A DNA stretch of 64,000 nt from NCBI GenBank assembly GCA_963729825.1, contig CAVSQR010000056.1:12362-76361 (forward strand). Reading direction: 5' to 3'. A model generated the notes under the pieces. That model saw nothing but the letters and a program-made list of their open reading frames with translations, was not told the DNA's origin and ran no database searches. Every line of letters starts with the position of its first letter. Position 1 is the stretch's first letter. Below, piece after piece: positions 37,337-47,699 of this stretch. The DNA comes from an uncultured delta proteobacterium (GTDB taxonomy: Bacteria > Desulfobacterota > Desulfobulbia > Desulfobulbales > SURF-16). The position numbers and the translations under genes are program-made.

Positions 37337-38443
37337 ATGATTATCGGTGTGCCGAAAGAAATAAAGAACAGGGAATTCCGGGTTGGCATCGTCCCTGCCG
37401 GGGTGAAAACCCTGACTGCCGCCGGACACAAGGTTCTTATTGAGAAGGACGCGGGCAGCGGCAGCGATATCTCTGACAGCGAATATGTCCGCGCCGGGGC
37501 GGAGATTGTCCCGGCAGCAGAAGAGCTTTACGGGCAGGCCGAGCTGATCGTGAAGGTCAAGGAACCATTGCCCCAGGAGTATCCCTTCCTGCGGCCGGGC
37601 ATGATCCTCTATACCTATCTCCATCTTGCCCCCCTGCCGGAATTGACCGAACAGCTGCGGCAAAGAGGGGTAACGGCCATCGGCTATGAAACGGTGCGGC
37701 TGGATAACGGCTATCTCCCTCTGCTGGCCCCGATGAGCGAGGTGGCAGGCCGTATGTCGATCCAGGTCGGCGCCCATTTTCTGGAAAAAGAGGAAGGGGG
37801 GCGGGGTATCCTGCTTGGCGGCGTACCCGGCGTTGACCATGGCCACGTCACCATCATCGGCGGCGGCACAGTCGGCAGTTATGCCGCCCGGGTGGCCACC
37901 GCCCTTGGCGCCACCGTTACCGTGCTGGACACGGATCTGCACCGGCTCGCCTATCTTGACGACATCTTCGCCGGCCGCATTAACACCCTGATGTCCAATA
38001 TCCACAATCTGGAGCAGGAACTGCGCATCTGCGACCTGCTGGTGGGCGCCGTGCTGATTCCCGGCAGCAGTGCCCCGAAACTGGTTAGCAGGGAGATGCT
38101 CTCCCTGATGCAGAAGGGGGCGGTTATTGTCGATGTGGCCATCGATCAGGGCGGCTGCATTGAAACGTCGCGGCCCACCACCCATTCAGACCCGGTTTTC
38201 ATGGTGGATGGCATCATCCATTACTGCGTGGCCAATATGCCCGGCGCGGTTCCCCGCACCTCCACCTTTGCCCTGACCAACGCCACCCTGCCCTTTGCCC
38301 TGGAAATAGCCGACAAAGGGCTTTTCACTGCGGCGGCTGACAACAACGCACTCAGACGGGGCATTAATGTCCACGACGGGGAAATCCGCAACCGGGAGGT
38401 GGCTGAATCCCAGGGCCGGAAGTGGCAGCCATTTGTCTGCTGA
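37337..38443 (+). CDS. ald: Alanine dehydrogenase
   Basis: The N-terminus is [23 protein letters not shown] and the NAD-binding motif is [14 protein letters not shown]; the protein is 368 aa. Confidence 0.9.
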   Translation: MIIGVPKEIKNREFRVGIVPAGVKTLTAAGHKVLIEKDAGSGSDISDSEYVRAGAEIVPAAEELYGQAELIVKVKEPLPQEYPFLRPGMILYTYLHLAPLPELTEQLRQRGVTAIGYETVRLDNGYLPLLAPMSEVAGRMSIQVGAHFLEKEEGGRGILLGGVPGVDHGHVTIIGGGTVGSYAARVATALGATVTVLDTDLHRLAYLDDIFAGRINTLMSNIHNLEQELRICDLLVGAVLIPGSSAPKLVSREMLSLMQKGAVIVDVAIDQGGCIETSRPTTHSDPVFMVDGIIHYCVANMPGAVPRTSTFALTNATLPFALEIADKGLFTAAADNNALRRGINVHDGEIRNREVAESQGRKWQPFVC

Positions 38444-38591
38444 TGCCGCACTGCCGCATGCCTGCGCTTCATGAACCCATTGCCTGAATAGCGCCGCACG
38501 GCTGGAATTTCGCAGATGCTTAACCGGCATTGCGTCCTTTGTTATGGAATGATCAGTCAATCCGAAAAAATATCGTTACCGGTGATAAGGT

Positions 38592-39599
38592 ATGAACGAA
38601 AATCCGCCCCCTGCGCTGATTAATTATTTTCCGGTCAGCAAGCATTGCCTGATGAAGATGTACGGGGAGATCACCTTTGATCTGTATACGATCCCCCGGA
38701 GCCAGCAGCAAGGGCAGGAACCGGTGCTGCTGGTGCATAAAAATTCCATGCTGACCAATGTCAGGGATCTCATTGCGGCCAGCGGTTTTGAGAACTTCTA
38801 CATCCGGAAAGAGGATCAGGGCAAACTCCATCATCTCATAGAAAATTTCATCGGCATGATGATCGATGATCCCCTCATCCCTCTCAAGGAAAAATCAAAC
38901 CTTATCTACAACTGTGCCGCCAATGTCCTGAAGGATATTTTCTCCGATCCCAGAAGCGGGGACAATTTAAAGCGGACGGAAAACATTACCGGCAATATCA
39001 TCAATTTTGCCTTAAGCGACCAGGCATCCATTCCCAGTCTGCTGCAACTCAGCTCCCATGATTATTACACCTTCACCCACTGCCTCAATGTGGCTGTTTT
39101 CAGCATAGGCCTGTGGCAGGCCATTTACCCGGCCAGACAGGATTGTCTGCGGGAATTTGCCCTGGGCTGCATTCTGCATGATATCGGCAAGAGCCGGATT
39201 GACGATGCCATCCTCAATAAGCCGGGTAAACTGACCGAGGACGAGTTCGCGGTGATGAAAAAGCATCCGCAATACGGCTACAAGCTGATGATTGGGGCAG
39301 TCCCGGCCATCTCCCTTGATGTCATTCTCCATCACCATGAAAAACATGACGGCAAAGGTTATCCCCGCGGGCTGCAGGGAGACAGGATTTCCGACTTTGC
39401 CAAAATCGCAGCCATTGCCGATGTCTATGATGCGCTGACCACGAAAAGATCTTACGCAGACGCCAGAGACCCCTTCAAGGCAGTGCTGACCATGAAGGAG
39501 GAGATGGTGGGCCATTTTGAACAGGATAAATTCATTTCCTTTATCTATCTGCTACGCGGCAGAAGTTCATCCCCACCGGTGCACAAGGAACAGGCTTAA
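38592..39599 (+). CDS. HD-GYP domain phosphodiesterase
   Basis: The HD motif appears in LGCILHDIGKSRI and the GYP motif in HHEKHDGKGYPRGL. Confidence 0.85.
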   Translation: MNENPPPALINYFPVSKHCLMKMYGEITFDLYTIPRSQQQGQEPVLLVHKNSMLTNVRDLIAASGFENFYIRKEDQGKLHHLIENFIGMMIDDPLIPLKEKSNLIYNCAANVLKDIFSDPRSGDNLKRTENITGNIINFALSDQASIPSLLQLSSHDYYTFTHCLNVAVFSIGLWQAIYPARQDCLREFALGCILHDIGKSRIDDAILNKPGKLTEDEFAVMKKHPQYGYKLMIGAVPAISLDVILHHHEKHDGKGYPRGLQGDRISDFAKIAAIADVYDALTTKRSYADARDPFKAVLTMKEEMVGHFEQDKFISFIYLLRGRSSSPPVHKEQA

Positions 39600-40878
39600 C
39601 AGGGGCAGATAGGTAATCAGGGCGAGGGCGGCCATCTGCAGAATGATGAACGGCAGTGTGGCCTTATACACCGTTATCATCGGCTTTTCAAAGCGATAGC
39701 TGGCCAGAAACAGATCAAGGCCCACCGGCGGGGTGGAGTAGCCGATCTGCAGATTGGCCAGAAAAATGATGCCCAGATGAATGAGATCCACCCCATAGCC
39801 CTGGGCGATCGGCACGATGAGCGGCACCACCAGCACCAGGGCCGAGAAGATATCGAGCATGCAGCCGACAATCAGCAGGAAGATGTTCAAGAGCAGCAGA
39901 AAGGTGTATTTGCTGCTGATATAATGCTGGATGATCTCAAAAAGGCGCATGGGCACCTCCCGGTCCACCAGGAAGTTGGTGGAGGCCATGGAGGCGGCCA
40001 GAATCACCAGGATGCCGCCGAAGAACATCATGCTCTGCACCATGATGGCAGGCAGGCGGGAAAGAGTGATGTCGCGATAGATAAAGACCTCCACGACCAG
40101 CACATAGAGGGCCGTTACCGCCGCCGCCTCCCCGGCCACAAAAAATCCACCGTAAATTCCTCCCAGGATAATCACCGGCAGGGGCAGCTCCCAGGCTGCC
40201 TCTTTGATCCCGGCCGTTGACCTCGGCCCGGGAGGGGGCAGCGCCGCGCCTGCGAACCGGCGGGCTTTTTTGTATACTGTAGCCGCCGATCAGGGTAAGC
40301 ATCACCAGTCCCGGCACGATGCCGGCCAGAAAGAGCTGATCTATCCGCACCTCGGCAATAACCCCGTAGAGGATCAGCGGCAGACTGGGAGGAAACAGCA
40401 GGCCAAGACTGCCGGATGTGGTGATGAGCCCCAGGGAAAACTTTTCGGTATACTGATCCTTGACCAGGGCTGGGTACAGGAGGCCTCCCAGGGCAAAAAT
40501 CGTCACGCCGGACGCCCCGGTAAAGGCGGTAAAGACGGCGCACACCACCAGGGCCACCACTGCCAGCCCGCCCGGCATCCAACCGAGCAGCAGCCGGGAG
40601 AGGTTGAGCATCCGCCGGGGCGTCCCGCTTGCAGACAGCAGGGTACCGGCAAAAATAAAGAGCGGCAGCGAGACCAGCAGCGGGGTATCCGCCAGACGGG
40701 ACATCTCGATAATGACCACGGAAATATCAATGCCCACACTGTAAAAGGAGAGCAGGGCCAGCGCCGCGATGATGATAAACAGCGGCGTGCCAAGCAGCGC
40801 CATGAGCAAGGTAAAATATCTGCAGAGAATCACGGCGGGGAGACCATCAGGATGGGCGGGCGGAAGATTTGCCGGCAA
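39567..40878 (-). CDS. dctM: TRAP transporter large permease, frameshifted at T6 40266-40271
   Basis: ORFs 39937..40878 and 39567..40175 are joined by a -1 correction in the coding-strand A6 run: ...LIGGYSIQKK|ARRFAG...AWELPLPVIILGGIYGGFFVAGEAAAVTALY. The N-terminal start is uncertain. Confidence 0.8.
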
Positions 40879-41362
40879 TTGCCAGGAGATCCGCCACGCC
40901 GGCTGAGAAAAAACGGAAAGTCATCAGACCGAAGGCCAGCGGGAAAACGAGATTCCAGGCCCAGGAAGGAATGGAGAGCAGGGAGGTGCCGCCGAACTCG
41001 GCTTCATTGCGGACAAAGCTGACGGCCGCCCAGGTCAGGGCAGCAGACACCAGGGTGGAAAAAAGATGAATCAGCAGCTTAAGCCATGGCTTCATGCCGG
41101 CCGGCACCAGATAGGAGACCAGATCAAGGCCGATATGTTTGCCCATCCGGGTGGCCACGGCCGCCCCGAACATGCCGGACCACAGCACCAGATAACGGAG
41201 CAGCGGGTCGGCCCAGAGCAGGCCCCCGGAAAAAACATCCCGCAGGGCAATCTGCAGACAGGCCAGCAAGATCATGCCGGCCAGCAGCAGACAGAGAAAG
41301 GTCTCCTCCAGCCGCTGCCCAAAGCGGCGCAGACCGGCCACCCATTTGCCTAAAGCATTCAT
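40847..41362 (-). CDS. dctQ: TRAP transporter small permease
   Basis: The protein is 171 aa with four TM segments and lies between dctP and dctM. Confidence 0.8.
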   Translation of the reverse strand: MNALGKWVAGLRRFGQRLEETFLCLLLAGMILLACLQIALRDVFSGGLLWADPLLRYLVLWSGMFGAAVATRMGKHIGLDLVSYLVPAGMKPWLKLLIHLFSTLVSAALTWAAVSFVRNEAEFGGTSLLSIPSWAWNLVFPLAFGLMTFRFFSAGVADLLAIAGKSSARPS

Positions 41363-41467
41363 AGGTCAGCATTCATCAGCAAAAATTGTGATTGCCATCA
41401 TGGTTTAAAAAAAATATTTTCTTTGCTTCCCGCCGGCGTTTTTTCAGCTGCGAGCGCCATAAAAAAA

Positions 41468-42484
41468 TCAGCGGCTGCGGTACTGGGTGAGCAGCCGCAT
41501 GGTCTCCGCATAAATCTCCTCGGAAAAGGCCTTGCCTTTCAACCGAGCCACCGTCTTGTCCCGAACCATTTCCAGTTCCGTCAAGGCACCAGGTTCGATA
41601 TTCACCAGGGTGACCCCGTTGTCCTGCAACACGGTCCGGGCCTCTTCATTGCTTTTCCTGGTGTCCTCCAGCAGAATGCCGAAATGCTTTGCCGCGGCAG
41701 TTTTAATCAGCGCGCCATACTTTTCCGGCAGCCGGGTGAACTGTTGGCGATCCAGCAGAAAAGCGCCGTAGGCATAACCAAAGGGCATGTCGGTGATATA
41801 TTTGGCCTTGGTGTACCATTGCAGCACAATGGAGCCGTAAAGTGAATTAAAAACCGTACTGACCAGACCGGTCTGCAATGAGGTGAGCACATCGGGAATG
41901 GAGAGGGGGGTTGGCGTGGTCCCCAGGGTTTCCAGGAAGCCGGCACTGAGCGGGTCATTATCAGGCGCCCAGCAGGTGCTCTTTTGCAGCTCCGCCACCG
42001 TGGCAATCGGCGCGGTGGACATGGTGTAGATGAACCCGACCTCGGTCAGGGCAATGAGCTCCAGGCCGTTTTCCGCAAAGGCCTTGTGGAAATATTCATC
42101 GAGCCCCTGCTTGACCTGGTCCACCTCTTCATAGGAATGCATCAGAAAAGGAATGCCCAGAACCCGGAAGTCAGGGACCACCGAGCCGATACCGGTCATG
42201 GTAAATCCGCCGCCATTGAGCTGCCCGACCCGCATCTTGCGATACATGGCCAGATCATCCCCCATGACCCCGCCGGCGTAAATCTTGAACCCCACCTCGC
42301 CGTTGCTCTGGTCCTCCACCTCCTGGGCGAACTCCCGGAACCGCTTGGTCCAGACGCTGCCTTCAGGCGCCAGCGACGCCACCTTGAACAGATATTTCGG
42401 GCCGGCAACGGCCTGCGGGGCTGATGCGCAGAACCCAGCAATAATCAGTATGAAAACCTGGACAATTCCGAGTAAACGAGGCAT
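41468..42484 (-). CDS. dctP: TRAP transporter substrate-binding protein
   Basis: I prefer the signal-peptide start MPRLLGIVQVFILIIAGFCASAPQAVA (ATG 42484). It is followed by FKVASLAPEGSVWTKRFREFA. Confidence 0.85.
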   Translation of the reverse strand: MPRLLGIVQVFILIIAGFCASAPQAVAGPKYLFKVASLAPEGSVWTKRFREFAQEVEDQSNGEVGFKIYAGGVMGDDLAMYRKMRVGQLNGGGFTMTGIGSVVPDFRVLGIPFLMHSYEEVDQVKQGLDEYFHKAFAENGLELIALTEVGFIYTMSTAPIATVAELQKSTCWAPDNDPLSAGFLETLGTTPTPLSIPDVLTSLQTGLVSTVFNSLYGSIVLQWYTKAKYITDMPFGYAYGAFLLDRQQFTRLPEKYGALIKTAAAKHFGILLEDTRKSNEEARTVLQDNGVTLVNIEPGALTELEMVRDKTVARLKGKAFSEEIYAETMRLLTQYRSR

Positions 42485-42558
42485 GCAAAAGCTCCTGCGG
42501 GTGCGGCGAATTAGTAAAAAACAGTAAATGATGGTCGCGCTCTCGGCTGATGCGGTCA

Positions 42559-43416
42559 TCAGAAATAACGGTCAACTTCGGCCAGCAGCTGGCCGGCCCT
42601 TTTTTTAGCCACCTGATTGGCCAGGGCGAAGTCAGGCCTGGATGCAAGCGGAAAATCAAGGACCTCCCGCAGCAACTTTTCAAAGAGGTCCCGGTCAAAA
42701 ACGGTTCTGGCATAGGTTTCGGCAAATGCCACCTGGGCCGGCAGGAACTGATGATCGCCGATGGCCAGTGCCCGTTCAAAATGCGCCCGGCTCTCTACCG
42801 GGTTGCCGCCGAGCATCGCCGACCTTGACCCGTAATAGGAACCGAGGAAAAGATGGGCCGCCCCGTGGTAATATCCCTCATCAAGCTGCAGAACTCTCTC
42901 CATGATCTTCTCAACCTTGGCCAGAGCGGTCAGGGAGGCCGGCGACCCTGACTGATATTGCAGCCACAGAGCCCAGCCATATCCCCCCCAGAAAAGAGCG
43001 GCCACCTCGCTTCTGCGGCAGGAGGCCAGGGCTACGTGCAGCTCATCCAGCGAGTATCCTTTTTCTCCGTCATCAAGATGCAGGCATTCGGCCAACAGGA
43101 TTAAGCCATAGTCTTTTGCCTTATTACTAAGCTGAACAGCCCTCTCCATCCTGCCGCAGGCGGCCAGGGCCATGGTATAGGAGCTGTAGGACTGGGTTGC
43201 GGTCAGAAGCAGCCCTCTGTTTTCCGGATTGTCGGCCAGCAGGCTGTCAATCATCAGCAGATAGGCCGGAGCGCCTTCACAGACCAGTTCCAGATCGGTC
43301 TGCTTCTGCAGGTTGTCAACGGTCGGCTCAATCATCCGACTGACCACCAGAGAGGTGCAGCCGCCAAGCAGACAACTAACCATACTGCCCGCAATAAATT
43401 GTTTCCATTTCCCCAT
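42559..43416 (-). CDS. TatT-family TPR lipoprotein associated with TRAP transporters
   Basis: The lipobox appears in MGKWKQFIAGSMVSCLLGGC. The body is helical-repeat (GAPAYLLMIDSLLADNPENRGLLLTATQSYSSY). It lies immediately upstream of dctPQM. Confidence 0.65.
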   Translation of the reverse strand: MGKWKQFIAGSMVSCLLGGCTSLVVSRMIEPTVDNLQKQTDLELVCEGAPAYLLMIDSLLADNPENRGLLLTATQSYSSYTMALAACGRMERAVQLSNKAKDYGLILLAECLHLDDGEKGYSLDELHVALASCRRSEVAALFWGGYGWALWLQYQSGSPASLTALAKVEKIMERVLQLDEGYYHGAAHLFLGSYYGSRSAMLGGNPVESRAHFERALAIGDHQFLPAQVAFAETYARTVFDRDLFEKLLREVLDFPLASRPDFALANQVAKKRAGQLLAEVDRYF

Positions 43417-43592
43417 GATCTCCGTACTATATATGGCAATTTGAAACTCTGCAAGCACTGTGAACAATCAGCGCCTTTAACACTTTGACACACCGGGCGG
43501 ATGCATGCTATAGTGCCCGCCACTGATTCATACGCTCAAACCATTAGTAATCGACAACGATTTCAACGAGATTTCCTAAAGAAGGAGAGCCC

Positions 43593-44882
43593 ATGAAAAC
43601 AACGACATCGCAATCTTTGTTTGCAGAAGCCCAGCGCCTCATCCCCGGTGGTGTAAACAGCCCGGTGCGGGCCTGTAAGTCCGTGGGCTGCGATCCCCGC
43701 TTCATCCAGCGTGCCGCCGGTTCAAAAATTTATGATGCCGACGGCAACGAATATATCGACTTTATCGGCTCATGGGGTCCCATGATTCTCGGCCATAATT
43801 ATCCGGCTGTCATGGAGGCCATCCAGCAGGCCATGGCCAACGGCACCAGTTTCGGCGCCCCTTGCCCGCTGGAGGTGGAGCTGGCCAGACTGGTCACCGA
43901 CGCCCTGCCCTCCGTGGACATGGTCCGTTTTGTCAGTTCCGGGACCGAGGCCACCATGAGTGCCGTGCGTCTTGCCCGGGGCTATACCGGCAAAAAGGTG
44001 ATCGTCAAATTTGACGGCTGCTATCATGGCCATGCCGATTCATTTCTGGTCAAAGCCGGCTCCGGCATCATCACCCTCGGTATTCCCGGCAGTCCCGGGG
44101 TGCCGGATGACATCGTCAAAAACACCATCTCCATTCCTTACAATAATGCAGAAATTCTTGAAAAAACCCTGCGGGACAGCTCGCTGGACATCGCCTGCGT
44201 CATTGTCGAACCGGTGGCCGGCAATATGGGTGTGGTGCTGCCCGCCCCGGGATTTCTCGAGAAACTCCGGGCCCTGACCAGCGAACTCGGCATCGTGCTC
44301 ATCTTTGATGAGGTTATTACCGGCTTCCGGGTCAGCTATGGCGGAGCCCAGCAGAAATTCGGCATCATGCCGGATCTCACCTGTCTGGGCAAAATCATCG
44401 GCGGCGGTCTGCCGGTCGGCGCCTACGGCGGCAAAAAGGAAATCATGTCGCTGATTTCCCCGGTGGGTCCGGTCTACCAGGCGGGCACCTTATCCGGCAA
44501 CCCGCTGGCCATGGCCGCCGGAGCAGCCACCCTGAAGACCCTGAAAGAACCCGGATTTTATGAAAAACTGGACCGGAAGGCGGCCGAGTTTGCCGAAAAT
44601 CTGCAGCAACTGGCCGACAGATATCTGGGTGAGGCAACACTCAACAGACAGGGATCGGTCATGACCCTGTTCTTTGGCCCGGGTCCGATCACCGACTTCG
44701 ATTCCGCCATGAAGGCTGATGCGGGCAAATATGCAAAATTTTACCGGCTGATGCTGGACCAGGGAATCTACCTGGCCCCCTCCCAGTTTGAGGGCATGTT
44801 TCTCTCCGCAGCCCACACCAGCGAGGATCTGGCAAAGACGCTCGAAATGACTGAATGGTCATTCAAAAAAATACAAAATTAA
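43593..44882 (+). CDS. hemL: Glutamate-1-semialdehyde 2,1-aminomutase
   Basis: The N-terminal region LFAEAQRLIPGGVNSPVRA and the PLP-Lys region FDEVITGFR...LGKIIGGGLPVGAYGG are present. Confidence 0.95.
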   Translation: MKTTTSQSLFAEAQRLIPGGVNSPVRACKSVGCDPRFIQRAAGSKIYDADGNEYIDFIGSWGPMILGHNYPAVMEAIQQAMANGTSFGAPCPLEVELARLVTDALPSVDMVRFVSSGTEATMSAVRLARGYTGKKVIVKFDGCYHGHADSFLVKAGSGIITLGIPGSPGVPDDIVKNTISIPYNNAEILEKTLRDSSLDIACVIVEPVAGNMGVVLPAPGFLEKLRALTSELGIVLIFDEVITGFRVSYGGAQQKFGIMPDLTCLGKIIGGGLPVGAYGGKKEIMSLISPVGPVYQAGTLSGNPLAMAAGAATLKTLKEPGFYEKLDRKAAEFAENLQQLADRYLGEATLNRQGSVMTLFFGPGPITDFDSAMKADAGKYAKFYRLMLDQGIYLAPSQFEGMFLSAAHTSEDLAKTLEMTEWSFKKIQN

Positions 44883-44893
44883 TTTGAAAATCG

Positions 44894-44922
44894 TTGACTT
44901 TGGTCTAAAACCGTGCTAATTG
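44894..44922 (+). promoter_or_regulatory. Candidate sigma-70 promoter of the atp(F0) operon
   Basis: The sequence is TTGACT-N17-TAATTG. Confidence 0.4.
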
Positions 44923-44960
44923 CAGATTCAAGCTGGCTAAGGGCTTCTTAAGGAATTGAC

Positions 44961-45185
44961 ATGGGTGGAAACCACAAAGAGTGGATGAAGCTGATGAGTG
45001 TGTTCGGCACCATCGGCCTCCATATGTGTTCCAGCATTTTCATCGGAGTGGGTATCGGCTATTATCTGGACCACAAGGTTTTCGACGATAAGACAAGTCC
45101 ATGGCTGACCCTGATATTTTTAGCTTTCGGTATCGTTGCAGGCTTTAAAAACCTCTACCAGTTATCCAAACGCAAGGATCTGTGA
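44961..45185 (+). CDS. AtpZ/AtpI-family small membrane protein
   Basis: The protein is 74 aa with two TM segments (GLHMCSSIFIGVGIGYYLD, WLTLIFLAFGIVAGF) and is the first gene of the atp cluster. Confidence 0.65.
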   Translation: MGGNHKEWMKLMSVFGTIGLHMCSSIFIGVGIGYYLDHKVFDDKTSPWLTLIFLAFGIVAGFKNLYQLSKRKDL

Positions 45186-45610
45186 TGAAAAGCGTTCCCG
45201 CAGAGGGTCACAACGAATTCCCGATTCATCGGGTTGACATACTGAACTGGGTGATTGCGCTCTTTTTTGCAGGGATTGCCTGGATCTATTACCCGGTTAT
45301 AATTGCAAAAAGTGTATTAATTGGCGGCCTGGTGGCAAATATCAGCTATTTTTATCTTAAAAAAGACCTGAAAGATTTCCTTCAGGGAAAGCTGTTACAC
45401 AGCGGTAAGATGCAAACCGCCAAATTGAAGTTTTATCTGAAATACTATGCCAGATTGATCGCTCTCGCTCTTGTTCTGTACATTCTGGTCAGCCGGCATA
45501 TAGTTCATCCATTAGGCTTATTAATGGGCTTGTCCGTGGTGGTTATCAGCATAGGCATCACCATGGCAAGCGTAGTTAGAAAGTTTTATTTCACGGCCAA
45601 AGAGGCTTAG
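45182..45610 (+). CDS. atpI: ATP synthase protein I-like membrane protein
   Basis: The protein is 142 aa with four predicted TM segments. It lies between atpZ and atpB and overlaps the stop of atpZ. Confidence 0.55.
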   Translation: MMKSVPAEGHNEFPIHRVDILNWVIALFFAGIAWIYYPVIIAKSVLIGGLVANISYFYLKKDLKDFLQGKLLHSGKMQTAKLKFYLKYYARLIALALVLYILVSRHIVHPLGLLMGLSVVVISIGITMASVVRKFYFTAKEA

Positions 45611-45619
45611 GAGAAAATC

Positions 45620-46343
45620 ATGGAACATCCAATACTGTTTATTTCAGTGATTCTGCAGGCGCTGGGGCTCCCAGTTCCCCATACACTGGTCGGCGAGACG
45701 CTGCTCGCCAAACTCGTGTCCCCGCATCTGACCTATACCTGGCTGGTAATGGCCTTTTTGATTATCATGCCAAAGCTTACCCTGGGGAAACTGGAACTGG
45801 TACCCAATGGCAAACAGAATTTCTGGGAAGTATGCGTCGGCGGTCTGGAAACTTACATGACCGACCAGATGGGCCCCGAGCGGGCGGCCATGATGTTTCC
45901 GATGATTGCCACCTTTGCCTTTTACATTCTGGTGGCAAATCTGATGGGTCTTATGCCGGGTTTCATGTCTCCCACCTCCAATCTGAATATCACCCTCGGC
46001 ATGACCCTCATTGTCTGGGTAACCCATCATATTCTCGGACTCAAGTATCATGGCATCAAATACATCAAACACTTCACCGGTCCCATGGTGGCGGCTTATC
46101 CCGCTGATGCTGCCCATCGAGATTATCAGTAACCTGGCCCGTATTCTCTCCCTGTCCATCAGGCTTTTCGGTAACATCATGGCTAAAGAGACCCTGCTCG
46201 CCATTCTCTTCATGCTGTACGGCGCCTTTTTCGGCCCGCTGCCGATTCTCTGCCTCGGTGTTCTGGTTTCCGTTGTGCAGACCATGGTTTTTGTTCTGCT
46301 GTCCATTCTTTACTGCCAGGGCGCCATGGAGCATGCTCATTAA
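45620..46343 (+). CDS. atpB: F0F1 ATP synthase subunit a, frameshifted near 46084-46092
   Basis: ORF 45620..46132 ends ...IKHFTGP. ORF 46050..46343 continues WWRLIPLMLPIEIISNLARILSLSIRLFGNIMAKE, which includes the conserved Arg. Confidence 0.9.
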
Positions 46344-46403
46344 TATATTAAGAGATTGAAATCTTTCACATAACAAAGAAGGCCAAAATAACACGTTTCT
46401 TAA

Positions 46404-46763
<360 letters not shown>

Positions 46764-46793
46764 TATCCGTCAAAGCTGTTTGTAAGAAGGCAA

Positions 46794-46825
46794 AAGGCCG
46801 CAGATTATTCTGCGGCCTTTTTTTA
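46794..46825 (+). terminator. Rho-independent terminator after atpE
   Basis: The hairpin aaggccgcag-attatt-ctgcggcctt is followed by a T run. Confidence 0.8.
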
Positions 46826-46841
46826 TTGTACCGCCGCCCGC

Positions 46842-47564
46842 ATGCCTGATACCGTAATCAAACCATCCCGCCAGCAAGGTGAAGCAAGCATCACCGCACC
46901 TGTTCTCTTTTTTGTTAATCCCGGGGATGCGGCCCCCATAATCAGTGAAGCACGCAGACGCAACGCCAAGAAGCATTTCCTCTTTCACAGCAACCTGTTC
47001 GAAATTCCCGGCCAACCGGCATGCTTCTGGGCAGGTCCAGCCCTTGGGGCACCGGCTGCGGTGATGGTTCTTGAAAAACTTATTGCCCTTGGCTGCAAAA
47101 ACGTTATCGTGCATGGCTGGTGCGGTTCTCTGGTGCCCGGCTTAAAGGCCGGTGATGTTTTTCTACCCACCTGGGCACTGAGCGAAGAAGGGACATCCGC
47201 CCACTATCCTCTTGCAATCCGCCCGGCCGCCCACGAGGGTATGCACCGGCGACTTGCCGACTTCCTTCAGCAACAAGAATATTCTGTGCAGGCAGGCCCG
47301 ATCTGGACCACAGATGCCCCCTATCGCGAAATGCGGCAAAAGGTGCAGGAATACGGCAGCCAGGGCATTATGGCAGTGGACATGGAGTTTTCCGCCCTCT
47401 GCACGGTTGCCGCATACCGGTCCGTAAATCTGGCTGCCGCCATGCTTGTATCGGACGAACTGTATCATCCGGCATGGCGACCGATTTATATGAGTAAATC
47501 ATTTAAAAAGAAGAGTCTGGAAATCTTCCTCGCCCTGTCAAGGTTTGCTTGCAATGCTGCCTGA
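46842..47564 (+). CDS. Nucleoside phosphorylase family (PNP/UDP type 1) protein
   Basis: The sequence contains GPALGAPAAVMVLEKLIALGCKNVIVHGWCGSL...GDVFLPTWALSEEGTSAHY...MAVDMEFSAL. The specific substrate cannot be called (uridine, MTA or futalosine). Confidence 0.65.
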   Translation: MPDTVIKPSRQQGEASITAPVLFFVNPGDAAPIISEARRRNAKKHFLFHSNLFEIPGQPACFWAGPALGAPAAVMVLEKLIALGCKNVIVHGWCGSLVPGLKAGDVFLPTWALSEEGTSAHYPLAIRPAAHEGMHRRLADFLQQQEYSVQAGPIWTTDAPYREMRQKVQEYGSQGIMAVDMEFSALCTVAAYRSVNLAAAMLVSDELYHPAWRPIYMSKSFKKKSLEIFLALSRFACNAA

Positions 47565-47699
47565 TCAACAGTATGTATTGGCTATACGTGATTGACCGCA
47601 TCCCCTGCTGCAACGGAAAATTCGCCAGCAATGTTTACCCAGACAGCAGCATCACCTCTTCCTTCACAAGAACCGGTCCAAGACACCGCTTAAAAGAAT

